Assembly: GCF_006345805.1 (NCBI RefSeq)
Contig: NC_043003.1
Location: 91,264,001 to 91,328,000 of the forward strand
Reading direction: 5' to 3'
DNA: 64,000 nucleotides
Source: Octopus sinensis
Lineage: Eukaryota
The notes beneath the pieces are model-generated. The model was not told the origin of the DNA. It made no database searches and saw only the letters and a program-made list of their open reading frames with translations. Shown in pieces: positions 38,031 through 49,930 of the stretch. Numbering within the stretch: the stretch's first letter is position 1; each line of letters starts with the position of its first letter. Both the position numbers and the translations under genes were made by a program.

Positions 38031-40821
38031 CAAAGGAGGCACTAACTGTGACATCCCACTAAATCCTACTAATCTCATGTGAGGAGTAGCACCAGATTTA
38101 AACTTGAAAATCAGTTTTGAGGCTGCTTAAATATGGTGTTTGGACATTGAAAGTATGTTTCTTCTTAGCCCAATTTTGAATATCAAGCTGTAGTTTAACG
38201 TGCGTAAATCTGGCAGTGTTAATTGGCTGAGTGTTTGTAAAGCAGAAAAGACACTATACTTGCCAGATATTGAACTCGTGCAAAGGGGAAAAGCCAGATA
38301 CTGAACAAGAGCAATGGGGAAAAACTAAGTACTTCTACCACATTTACACTGTAACCCGCAAGTTTTCTTGCGAATGGGAAATAAACTTCAATCGTTCTGA
38401 ATTTATATACAAGTATATATAATTTAAATGTAATCGTTTCAAATGATTCTCTTAAATGTCGCTGTACTAAAATTAGTTTAGGAAGACAATTCAGGAATAT
38501 TTTAAAATTCATTGATTTTAATAAATTTCAACTTATTTACTAAATTTGTGCAAGCGTTTTCTTGTATTAAGTTTCAAAACCAATTTTAAAACCATAACTA
38601 ACCACTTCATAAATCTACCATTTCACCATAGGTGGAGGAAGTAGAATTTAAAGCTCAGTTGATTTTTATCGTGTTATGATTCTATCACAGAATCCTTTCA
38701 ATTACAAAGAGAAAATTGTTAGAGTACAATGATATACTCACAGCATCCCATCCATCGAAGAAACGATTAAATTATTTCACGGATGAATCAACTTTATAAT
38801 GTGGTCTTGATTTTCCTGCCCGTGGGAAAAAAACGTAATGGTCACGTCTGCAGTGCCTTCAGTTTGTCCAATCAGCACCAACTCGCTGACTGGAAAATGT
38901 CTTATTTACAAGACCATTGTTAAATACAATAAATATTGTAGTTGTCCGAGTAGAATTGCACAAGTGTGACTACGTATATGATTACACAATGAGACGCTTC
39001 TTGAAAAAGTCAAAAAGACTCGATCAGTTTGTTTACGTTCAATGTACACTCACCTCACATTTTGCTTATACCTATATGTGCACACCTGTAAACACACGCA
39101 CGTGGTTTGTTTTACAGATAAAGTCCATAAAAATTCAATGATTGGAACCCCACTTTTGACAATAGGTTTGCTCAGAGTCAACCTGTAGCTAAACACTGAT
39201 ACAGTGTATTTGAAAAGGTTGTATGTATACAATACACACGCGCGCGCGCGCGTGTCATTTTTCGTTTTGACTTGCAGAATTGTCATTTGGATCAGCTAGT
39301 TTTGTTCGTTAATTTCCGCAAAAATTTTTTTATCTATTTACTTTTGTTTTCATGGCGTGTAGAGGCGACATTTGCTTTGAAGTGAGAGCAGAAAGTAAAA
39401 TGTAGCTACGTCAGAGAGAGAGAAAAAAAAAACACCCATTATCTTGCATATACACGTACATATATAAAAACATATGCATACATCTTTTTTATATGTATGT
39501 CTGTATATATTTAAGAGAGAGAGACAGAGGGCCACTTAAACATGCAAAAAAAAATACGTGAGAACACACACACAAAAAGGTGTATGCATATGTATTTATG
39601 TATGAACGTATACATAACACCCCTTCACTCGCACACACGTCCATACATCTTTCACTTTCTCCTCACTTTCTTCTCTCACTTCAAAGCTAATGTCGGCTTC
39701 CACACGCCTTGAAAACAAAAGTAAATAAATTTTTACGAAAATTAACGAACAATAATGACATGTATGCGAGTTAAAACGAAGGCTCGTCATACATAGACAC
39801 ATACACGCATATATACCGTAAATCCTCAAGTATAGTCCGCCGGGGATTTTTAGGGGGTTGTACCTCTGAAAAGCCTAAACCTTGTGTATAATACGCACCC
39901 CTCCTCTAACTTGAGTTAAGGAGGTCTATATAACGTCCTTGGTTTGTTAAAAACGTATACAGTAACGTCCTTTATTATTATTGTATATATAACATAATGC
40001 AAACGTGTAGCTTTTTTGTGCATTTTGTTTGCAGAAAATAAAGAAATAACAGTAATAACGTCAGTGAAAAATAAATATTAAGTAAATTGCCATTACATAT
40101 TTATCACTATCAGTTACAAAAGCAAAAGCAAAAACATTTATTCAAATCCTTCAAATTCAACATCACTTTCAGCATCAAATAACTGTTCCATTTGTTCCTC
40201 CGAAAACATGTCAGCATCATTGTAGTGCAAATCTCCATCATCGTCAGATTCATAGTCAACATCAGAAGATTCACTTTCATTTGTTTCATCTTTCCATACA
40301 ACATACACTGGATGGTACTGGAGTACCATCCAGTGCAGACGATATAAAACATTAGATAAAACTTTTCACAATAATCTGAGGATCAAGTTCATTCCATGCA
40401 TACACGATCCATTTGCTTATCAAAGTCAGGTCGGGAGTGCGAAACCTTCCACTTTTAGTGAACGACTTTATGCCTAGCCATGTGATGCTTTAAATTCTGA
40501 CTCATTAAGTTTTATCTTTTTAGCAATGAGTTTTGCCTGTAGCCTCAAATGTACTGTATTAATGGCTATTTATTTCTTCTCCTTAACCTGACATTGCTTT
40601 CGTCAACATCAAATTTTCTTCCGGCGACCCTATTACCATGCTCTTCAGCATATGATATAACTTCAAGTTTAAACATAGCTGAATAAGATCTACGAAGCAT
40701 TTTATGGACATGTAATGTATAAAATGTTTTATTGGCGATTAATGTACAGGTTTAAGTCCCGCTTATAAAAACCTAGTAAAGACCCACAGTTGTTCAAACA
40801 TTTAATACTGGCATTTGGCTA

Positions 40822-42520
40822 CCGACGCTTACCGAAATAAATCCGTAATCTTTCCCTGTTATTTTCTGTGGGTGGTCCCACACGCACTCCGTTATAGCGA
40901 CGCGCACGCTGTCCCTCCAGGGTCGTCCCGCTGTGCCATTGCCAGTGATATTAATCGCGGCCTTGGACATCATTTCGGCGGATGTCTTATTCGGTCATTT
41001 CTTGTCTGGTAAACTCCCGGATCACCTTGGGAGTGGCGTATATTCCGGTGGGGACCCCGCAGGAGTATAAGCGCTTCGACTGCGGGGAGGTTATGTTATT
41101 GGGCTGGCTCACGTACAAGAGGGCAGGTCCAGTCGTCCCGCACCCTCAGCCCTGCGGTGAACGGCGCAGGGACCCTGAAGCTCAATACTCGCCTTGCTTC
41201 GGGGGATCCGCGGGGGGAACTGACAGGGTGACCGACAGAATCGCGTGGTTTAGTTTGTGATAGGCCTCGGGAAATCGAATTCGAAAAGGCTGATGTGGAG
41301 ATCAACCTAACCTCAAGTAACGGCGCCCGGGCGTGGGTCTCGCCGCCTGATCCCCGTCACTGGATCAACTCCTCAGCATGTTAAACGTGCAGAGCATCGC
41401 AGTTCTGCTTAGCAGTCGCATAAAGCGCTTGTCAATAATACGTAGCGCGGCCAGCGCCTCCTCGGCCTCGGCGCTCGAAGCGCCGCAGGCTCCTATCGGA
41501 CAACCGAACACGCGTACCGGTAGACCCAGCTCCCTTTGGAGGAGTGGTATCAGCGGCCGGTACTTCCTTTCTTTCTCGCGTGCGGCGTCCCTCAGCGCCG
41601 TGTCTTGCTCGTACCTGACGGTCACGTCTATAACGACTACTTCACTCGAGTTGCGGAATACTAAATCGGGGATTAACCTGGACCCCGATACTCGATAGAC
41701 CGGTTCCCAGCCGGTCATCCAGCCGTACCGCTCGGCTTCCCTAGCCACCAGCCGGCATAATCGATTGTGCCTGGCCAGCCTCTGCGTTTTGAGGCGTGAG
41801 CACTGGCCACTGATGTGGGAGATCGTCTCCGACGCGCTTTTACACTTCCTACAGGTGCTATCGCCTCGGCCTCCCCGAGTGAGGCATTCGCGGGTGGGAA
41901 ATGTATTGGTCCGCATCTTGAGTATCCCCAAGTAGCATTCCTCAGATATCCCGCCCGGTCGCGTCATCCAGCTATTACCGATCTGGTCCGATTTGAAGGC
42001 GGCAGCGCAGACACCCTGGACCGGTTGCGATTCCCACCTCTTGGCGTGGGTGAGGCGGAGGTCCGGGGCGTACAGGTCGCCGTCATTTTGGACAGACGGA
42101 ACATCGTATAGGGCGGCCAGCTCCGCGTTCTTAGTGGAGAGCCGGGCAGCCTGAGCTATCGTTCGAACGGCATCGTAATCTGAGTTCAATAAACGCTGAT
42201 TCCTGCGAATCACGTTTTTTGGAATAGCGCGCGCTAACTGACAGAGGCTGAGGCCCCCGTCCCTTCTTGCACTATACAGGAAGCTTTTTGACGTTGAATC
42301 GGGGAGATGGAGCATCCTACGCGCCCCACCTCTTATTGCCATATCCAGTTCATCAAGTCCTACTTTTGGTGGTATCGCCTGTGTTAATCCGTAAAACAGG
42401 CTCGGCAGGTAGTACTGCTGTAGCATCATGAACTTTTGACGGGGCTTTAGCGAAGCCCGGCATATATCGTCTATGCATCGTGATACGGTCTCCACCGATG
42501 TCTCTCTGTTCTGTGTCGAC
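40822..42520 (-). mobile_element. 5'-truncated R2 retrotransposon outside rDNA
   Basis: GC-rich island; ORF with LKPRQK, GGLSL, CCHC knuckle and PDLVF..DVT..EKERKY nuclease; ~543-nt 3' UTR followed directly by TAGCCAAATGCC. 5' boundary approximate (42497-42521). Confidence 0.88.
41365..42495 (-). CDS. R2 protein C-terminal part (post-RT region, zinc knuckle, restriction-like endonuclease)
   Basis: 376 codons without stop: CRKCKSASETISHISGQC, RHNRL, IPDLVF, VIDVTV, EKERKY. Confidence 0.9.
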   Translation of the reverse strand: METVSRCIDDICRASLKPRQKFMMLQQYYLPSLFYGLTQAIPPKVGLDELDMAIRGGARRMLHLPDSTSKSFLYSARRDGGLSLCQLARAIPKNVIRRNQRLLNSDYDAVRTIAQAARLSTKNAELAALYDVPSVQNDGDLYAPDLRLTHAKRWESQPVQGVCAAAFKSDQIGNSWMTRPGGISEECYLGILKMRTNTFPTRECLTRGGRGDSTCRKCKSASETISHISGQCSRLKTQRLARHNRLCRLVAREAERYGWMTGWEPVYRVSGSRLIPDLVFRNSSEVVVIDVTVRYEQDTALRDAAREKERKYRPLIPLLQRELGLPVRVFGCPIGACGASSAEAEEALAALRIIDKRFMRLLSRTAMLCTFNMLRS

Positions 42521-43149
42521 CAGAGTATCTATTGTTTGCCACGGTAATGATGCAAATTGTCAATACAAACAGCAGGATGAACTATTTAGCGCTAAACTAT
42601 TAAGGACAATTCGTGCGTAATTAAGCCAGCAACACCTAGTTGAAAAAAGCACTTCCACGCATGCGTAATACAATAATGGTGATGTTCTTAACTGTTATAT
42701 GGGAATGTAAATATGTTTGCAAATTGTTTTTGTTACATGTTATTCTGTGTTCTGAATACTTTTATTTTAATAAATGTTGCTTACTGCAAGTTATGGATGA
42801 TTCTTTTATGACTTCATTGCTTTCAGGCTTAGCTTAAGGTATTTTCGCGCCCGACATCAGAAAATGCGTCTGAATAATAATTACCGGACAGCAAATAGAG
42901 ACTCGGACATTGCATAGAAAATATTTTTCATTTTTAACCTCGTATATAGTACGCACTAGGGATTTTGACCTATAAACTTTGGGGAAAAAATGCGGATTAT
43001 ACTCGAAGATTTACGGTATTTATTTATATATATATACATACATAAACACATATATATATATATGTGTTTATGGAGTAGTCTCACAAAATATATAATGCAA
43101 TAAAGGAAAGAATCTTGTAGACACGATATTTTGAGAACGGATCCTCATG

Positions 43150-43700
43150 CCAGATACGGTGGTGAAGGATTTATTAATGTCAAGTGCTAATTATTAATGT
43201 CAAGTACTCGTTTGTGGGAAAGATGATAGCAAATCTCTTGACTATTGGTCAACGAGAAGGCGAAGAGACTCAATGTAATAAAAGTGGTAGTAAAGAGACG
43301 TCCATTTTTTTCAAATATCATTGTGTAAATATTAGTGATTGGTCGATAACTGACAAAGTCTAACAATTTACTCGTGTATGCTGGGATACACACCCAAACA
43401 TTTTCATAGGTTGTTGTAGATACACGGAAAAGTTGAAGAATTCATTAAGGCTGTAGTCCCGTTAGGAATACAGTGTGGGTGGACAAGTCAGCTCGGTACA
43501 GCTAAGTGGGGTCAATGACCAAAATTGTTTTTGCAGTGAGTAAATGTCTACACAAAGTAGCAAGGAGAGTACGTGAATAGGAAGAGATGTTGGGATGGGT
43601 TTTGATTCGTGTGCGCAAAGTGGAAGTAATATTCGAAATTGAAACAATTAAACTACATAATTTGTTCTGGTAAGCTAAACAAAGGATGGGCCTATTGTCT
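43150..43700 (-). mobile_element. Possible highly decayed LINE RT fragment
   Basis: DFVSYRPITNIYTMIFEK resembles RT motif YRPIS..K.FEK; otherwise degenerate. Confidence 0.3.
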
Positions 43701-44573
43701 TCGATGTACTTGAAATGTTTAGTTATATAGTGTATCTTAGGGTACAACAGGAAACTTCCTCGCTTTAATACAGATATATTGAGTTGACCAAAGCACATTA
43801 GTGATGGTAAAGAAAAAAGTTCCTGAAATTCTTTGGTCATTAAATCAACATTAGCAGTTTAAATAGGTGAACTTTTATAGAAAAGAGAAATATAAACGCA
43901 AGTGCGGTAAAAACCTCTTAGAATCATCACTCTTGATAAGTCTTTTATTGGTAAGAGCACGTTGTACACCAATTTAAACCACGATGGTTTCTAAGAAGAT
44001 AATATGAAGACATCCTTTTCACCCATCTAACTTTATTGGGGCTCAGCAACGGCCGTGTAAAATATGGGACTGTTTCTGATCGTACCCTGCATTAACAGCG
44101 TAAAGTAAATTCCTATAGTTGAACTATGCATTACATTAAAAGAAAAAATACCGTTCAACAAGTCTTTTCGTATATAACACTATGAAGGGACTTCCACTAG
44201 AAAATGAACTCGGAACACCCATAACGATTAATATTCTAAAATATTGAACAATGTTGAATGATCGTAATTTTTCTCCGAGTGTGTAAATTAAAAATTAAAA
44301 AAAACGCATTGACTTTATTTGAATTAGATTCGACAAAACATTTAAAACCGTTTTTAAAAAGAATAAATTTCCAAAACATTGAACGGAAATGATACCAAAA
44401 CTTATTCATTTCTTATCAATGAGATTTAATTGTTAACCGTCGCCTAAACAATTTTATGTTTAATTTCGATACGAAACATTATTGAAATAGAAAATAACAA
44501 TGTCTGTGATGAGCGTTAAAAACTAGATTAGGTTTACTATGGGGAGTTCTTTGCGATTACAATTTCGCTTTAG

Positions 44574-45522
44574 TTAACTTCGAGCGTTCAAACCCGGTGA
44601 AAACAGCCGTCTCGGAAAAGCAACCGATTTTTCAACGATTGAAGGTTTTGTTTGAGTGCAAATGCAATGTGTTATTGTGTTTTCAATGTCAAGAATTTCT
44701 TTATTTGAACAATTTGGCAACTGTTCACTAAATTCAAATTTGTTGTAGTCGTTTTCATTTTTGTTCACACACTGAGATTCTAACTGAATTTCTTCATTCT
44801 GTTTCAACTTTCCTCCCACTTCTAAAATATTAGTAATACCCATTTCTGTTCTATTGGAGTGAATATTATTTTGGTCGAGTTCCTCCGTTTGGGATTCATG
44901 TATTTTGACCATACTTTTGACACTACACTTCTCAACATCAGTTTCAGTCAAATTTTCGTTATCTGGAGTTTTGTCGGAAGATGTCCAGATCGCCTGGAAC
45001 GAAATTTCGGGGGGATCGCGCCAATCAGTTAATACGGAAAGCCCCAGTGATATGGGTTTTCCAATATTTGGGGTAGTTTTTACATCGTATCCCCAAAAAT
45101 CTTTCTCTTTTAAGTACATGATTGATATTGGTGCTTTAGAGTCTTTCGTCGCAGACAAAGTTGCATCGGATTCGAGCTTCTTGGGCCAACTGGATTCTGA
45201 AGGTTCACATTCTGAAATGGCTACCGGATGTACAACTGGATCAACTTCACTTTTGAATATGTCCCAGAGTTTTTCAGAACGGATTAACCACTGGCTTTTC
45301 GTTCTAAGAGATTTCACGATGTGATTAATTTCCAGGTGTTGCTGTCTCTGGAAAACATCGAGTAATCTATGAAAATGAGCCATTTCGTTAATGTTGGATT
45401 CATCGCTTTTACTGCTTGTCCAATAACAGGAGTCGGTTTGCCGTAAATGCTTTTTCAACTCCAAAAGATCGTGTCCAAAAAGCGATGGCTGCGTGTGCTT
45501 TCCTAGAGATAACATCAGGTTT
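44574..45522 (-). CDS. Probable terminal coding exon of an unidentified host gene
   Basis: 313+ codon non-repetitive ORF; acceptor tttctatttctttttcag at 45523, exon entering in phase 2; TAA at 44574; ATTAAA downstream near 44460; no TE motifs recognised. Confidence 0.6.
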
Positions 45523-47345
45523 CTGAAAAAGAAATAGAAAGCTATATTACAAATGCTCGTTAACTTTCAGAATGAGGAATAGTACTGTAACAGCCATAAT
45601 CGAGGAATAGTTTATCATTAAAAGAGGGGTGGCTAATGTAGTCACAAAGGTTTGTTTTTCGCAGGAGTAATCGTCAGGAAGTTTTGATCAAAAAATGTTT
45701 TACTGGTGAGAGAGAGAGAGAAATGCTTTATATGTAGAATAAAGAGACGAATTACAGCTGACGAGAAGAAACCGTTTAATAATAAAAATGAACAAATGAA
45801 TTACATTTTTTATAATTGCTTTCTTTATTAACTTTGTTTTGAACATCGGTAAGTGAAAGACTAATACTTAAATCATTCGTAATGTTCTCTGCTACTAGAT
45901 AATTCTCCCAGGTTGCGATCTCAACTTAAGAGTTCTCTAGATATAGGAATAAATTGGAGTTTTACAGTCATTTTCTGATTTTAAAAAATATTTAAAAACA
46001 AACTGGCAATTACTTTATGCGATAATAAGCTGTTAATTTTAGTTAGATCCTTTGCTAATTTAACAAACGCACAAACATCGCATTCCTAAGTTTAATTACT
46101 TATTCAAGTGGTAGGAATGATATTGAATTTTTAAATCGGGAACATAGTAACATAAACCAAGCTTTTTTTTTCTTTTTTCTCATTAAAGGCATTCCTTTGT
46201 TTGATGTAAATCAATGAAAATAAACCTGCCTGATATATGTGTCACACAGACTGTATATTGTCTTCGTATTTTAGTCCTGGTCACCGGATTCTTCACACCG
46301 CTTATGATGATTGGTATAAAACTTAATGAAGTTAACAGCCTCAGAAACCTTTAAATCTTCAAGTAAGACAAATAAATAGTAATGAATTTTAAGAGGCTGT
46401 CTGATATTTTGCATTTAAATATGAAGTATCTGGAACAACGTATTATATGAGAAGAAATTAAATTAGTTCTCGCTTTAGAGTTAAACTATTAGATTCGTTC
46501 AGGTGTGGAGTCAGGTTCAATATCTACCTTTTCATATGGAAATAAACAGAAAATTCATTATTTCTTATAGCTTGTCACAAAATCAGGTTTTTTATTCAAC
46601 CATGAGAGGGTGATGAATTGACGGAATCGTTAGAGCGTCGGACAAAATGCTTTGTCGTATTCATTCTGACATTTTACGTTCTGAATTCAAAACCTGCCAA
46701 GATGAACTTTGATTTCCATCCTTTCGACAAAATAAAGAACCAGTTAAATCTTGAGGTCGATGGTGCCGACTAATCCACTCCCCTCAAAATAGTTGGTTTA
46801 ATGTGTGTAGTATTACTAGTAAATAGTTATTGCCGAGTGACAACATTTTGTGGGTTGCATGTTGTGTTCGTCATGATCTCACTAATACTTAGTTTTCGTT
46901 GATACCCGGAACATATGCATTGACATATGTTCAACAGTTGGATAACTAGAACAACATTAAAACGATATCCAATGAAATAGTTGAAAGTTTTCTGTATAAG
47001 ATACTATGCAAGAAAATTATATGAAAGTAGTTCATAGTTACTGAAAATAAGTAGGAGTGACAACTATTGCATGTAAGTAACGAGTGCATAATTCGGCCTT
47101 ACAACCCAAGGTCGGTACCGTTTGCCGAACAGGACAAAAACATGTTAAGGGAAAAGTAGAAAGCGGTGAGAGATCACCTCATGGAGCAGAGCGACATGGC
47201 TCCGTGCGGACTGCTGAATGGCTCTGCCTGGGTTTCAATTCGCCAGTTTCTTATAACCCAACGAAGTTTTTCTTGAAAGTTCGACCAGACTATTTGGCCA
47301 GAATGATTGGTCAACTGTCTGAATGACTGGCCAAGCCATATTTAC

Positions 47346-47482
47346 CTTTGATGGCGATACAATTAACTTTTCGTAACTAGCTTTGCCTTTCATCACAGCA
47401 TAGTAGGCCGTGGTCTTGAACTGGGTAACCTGAGCTTCACTACACTGGCACTGTGACTCGATCAGAATCAATATTACTGAGA
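47346..47482 (-). CDS. Candidate 137-nt internal exon
   Basis: Acceptor cattttcatcttcctag, donor AAG|gtaaat, one open frame (SVILILIESQCQCSEAQ..SPSK); no homology recognised. Confidence 0.25.
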
Positions 47483-48212
47483 CTAGGAAGATGAAAATGA
47501 TGGTCGATCTTCAATGAAGTGAATTGCATAATGGCGGGAGAAGCTGCTGCTACTACTACTACTACTACAGAAAGGTGGGGGTACTCATTCCTCTTTGGGC
47601 TATTAATGATCTGGAACGAAACCAGCAATTATGGAAGAAGAGGCCGGTCGATACCATAGTAACTGACCCCAGTCCTTTCGTGGTGTTTTACAAACACCGA
47701 AAGGATGAAAGGTAAAGTTGATCTCATCGGATTTAAACTCAAAATACAAAGAGCCGGAAGAAATACCGTTTAGCATTTTGTCCAACACTTTAACGATTCT
47801 GCCAGCTCGCCGCCCTCCTTTAGGCTGTTGATAATTGTTTCAAATTTTAACACAGGGTCAATAATTTTAGAGGAGGTGCTTAACTGATACTTTATTTTAT
47901 CGACACCGAAAGGATAAAGGCAAAATCGACCTTAGCGGAATTTGAACTTAGAACGTATAGTCGGAAGAAATGCCGCTAAGCATTTTGTCTGGCGCAGTAA
48001 CATTCTGCCAGCTCACCGCATCCCCTTTTGGCTATTGATGATGACCAGAATTCGCTGTCAACAGAAATCAACATGTCCAAATGACGTTATTACTTTTGGC
48101 TGTCGAGATGTTTGAGTTTTCTTTGAACCATTCTGTAATGAGACTGATGCATTGTGAGGAACAAGAGTTAATGCTGAGTGTTAAATTATCTTAAAATTCA
48201 TTCTCGTTAATA

Positions 48213-48428
48213 CGAGTGCGTGCTGAAAAGTTCCTGACTTTGGGTAAAAGAAAAGATAGGAGGTTCAATTAGTTATGATTTTATTCAACATATTCGCTTC
48301 TCAGATTCACACACTTATTGCAGCTGTCCTTCACCTTTTCTAAGCCCGTAGAAGAACTGGGAAAGTTGAGCCTCCAACAATACCTTTCGCGACACTCTTA
48401 AAGCCAGGAACTTTTCAGTACCCCCTCG
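48213..48428. mobile_element. Mariner-type MITE
   Basis: TA-flanked TIRs cgagtgcgtgctgaaaagttcctgacttt / aaagccaggaacttttcagtacccccctcg. Confidence 0.85.
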
Positions 48429-49542
48429 TATAATTCAAACTATTATAAATCAGAAAGCTCATAAAATATACCAAACTGGAAAATTCAATCAAAATTACTC
48501 AACAAAGATGAAAATATATGTCGCGTGTGTGTCTATAGACTGTGAGAAGCGTTTAGAATGAAGATGAGTGAGAGAATTATTATTTAAGCGCGTTGCAGAC
48601 GACCAAAAGAAAGTTTGAGGGGAGACAAGACAATCTCTACAGAGAATTCAGATTCCAGAAGCGATTAAATTGTGGTAAAAGGAAAAAAACAGCTTTTAGA
48701 ATGTTTGATAGTCTTTTCACGCATAAACGTGCCACGCCTTTGCAAGAGCAACGCCACAAGCGCAGTTGCACAGGGCATAAAATTCTTAGGGTTGCAAAAT
48801 TTCAAAAGAAAAACAAAAATGTAATAATTAATATTGGTTTCAAATTTTGGTACAAAGCCATCAGTTTCGGGAAAGGATGTAAGTCGATTACATCAACCCC
48901 AATGCTCAACAGCTACTTATCAAAAGTTTTGAGGAAGTGTACTCGTCGATAACATCTATCCCAGCACTTGATCCTTCATTTATCGACAGCCGAAGGGACG
49001 AAAGGCAAGCTGGTCTCGGCGAAACGTAGAGCCGGAAGAAATGCCTCTAAGTGTTTTGTCCGACATGCTAACAATTCTGCCAGTTTACTGCTTTATGATA
49101 TTCTAGATTTTAGCACAAGGCCAGCGATTTTAGGGAAAGCGGACTTAGTCGATTACTTGACTGGTACTTTATTTTATCGGCCCTGATGGGATGAAATGCA
49201 AAGTTGACCGCGTAAGATTTGAACTCAGAATGTAAAGAATTGGAACAAATACACGAGCCTTCTTTCTTTTTTCTTTTGTCGATGTTCTAACGATTCTACC
49301 TCTCCACCGTCACTTAAATATACTGCTCCTCCCACCCCCACAAGTCTATCCCAGTGTGTGCGTGAGCGCGCGCGTTTATTTTGTTGAAGATTACTTATGT
49401 TTATCGATTCTGGAAGGATGAAAAAATAAAGCCGCTAGGATTTGAACTCAGGATGTAAAGCACTGTGATTAGATACCGTTTGGAAATGATTAAGTATTTT
49501 CGAAGGGAAGAAAAAACAAAAGCCATTTTTAAGTTTAAATAA

Positions 49543-49930
49543 GGGGGGGAAGCACTCCGTCGGTTACGACGATGAGGGTTCCGGTTGATCCGAATCAACG
49601 GGACAGCCTGCTCGTGAAATTAACGTGTAAGTGGCTGAGCACTCCACAGACACGTGTACCCTTAACGTAGTTCTCGGGGATATTCAGCGTGACACAGAGA
49701 GTGACAAGGCCAGCCCTTTGAAATACAGGTACAACAGAAACAGGAAGTAAGAGTGAGAGAAAGTTGTGGTGAAAGAGTACAGCAGGGATCACCACCATCC
49801 CCTGCCGGAGCCTCGTGGAACTTTAGGTGTTTTCGCTCAATAAACACTCACAACGCCCGGTCTGGGAATCGAAACCGCGATCCTATGACCGCGAGTCCGC
49901 TGCCCTAACTACTGGGCTATTGCGCCTCCA
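49543..49930 (-). mobile_element. tRNA-derived SINE, third family, with ~12-bp TSD
   Basis: Head GGCGCAATAGCCCAGTAGTTAGGGCAGCGG..GGTTTCGATTCC; flanks aagtttaaataa / aagtttaattaa; second copy at 59547-59898. Confidence 0.85.

Larger units (their letters stand above)
39816..43016 (-). mobile_element. Internally deleted pogo-family DNA transposon hosting an R2 insertion
   Basis: TIRs ccgtaaatcctcaagtatagtccgc / gcggattatactcgaagatttacgg with TA on both sides; ATG at 40700 gives MLRRSYSAMFKLEVISYAEEHGNRVAGRKF (Brinker-type DBD), CENP-B-like FKASHG, LISKWIVYAW, acidic tail ending EFEGFE at 40138. Confidence 0.9.
46606..49470. mobile_element. Cluster of at least six SINEs of the 2917-3130 family
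   Basis: Copies near 46606-46790 (+), 47645-47814, 47865-48022, 48870-49092, 49105-49312, 49400-49470 (-) share ttatcgac..gaaaggatgaaagg..gaactcagaa..ctgccagctc. Confidence 0.75.

Noticed and set aside
40810-40823. 28S rRNA gene fragment
   Set aside because: Only 14 nt match; the flanks are pogo sequence, so no rRNA feature is called.
33861-45324. Antisense ORFs 33861-34250, 41378-41698, 41815-42111 and 44905-45324
   Set aside because: They are shadows of real ORFs on the opposite strand.
46230-46350. Short frame resembling a transmembrane helix (LVLVTGFFTPLMMIG)
   Set aside because: About 40 codons, with no start, convincing splice pair or other support.
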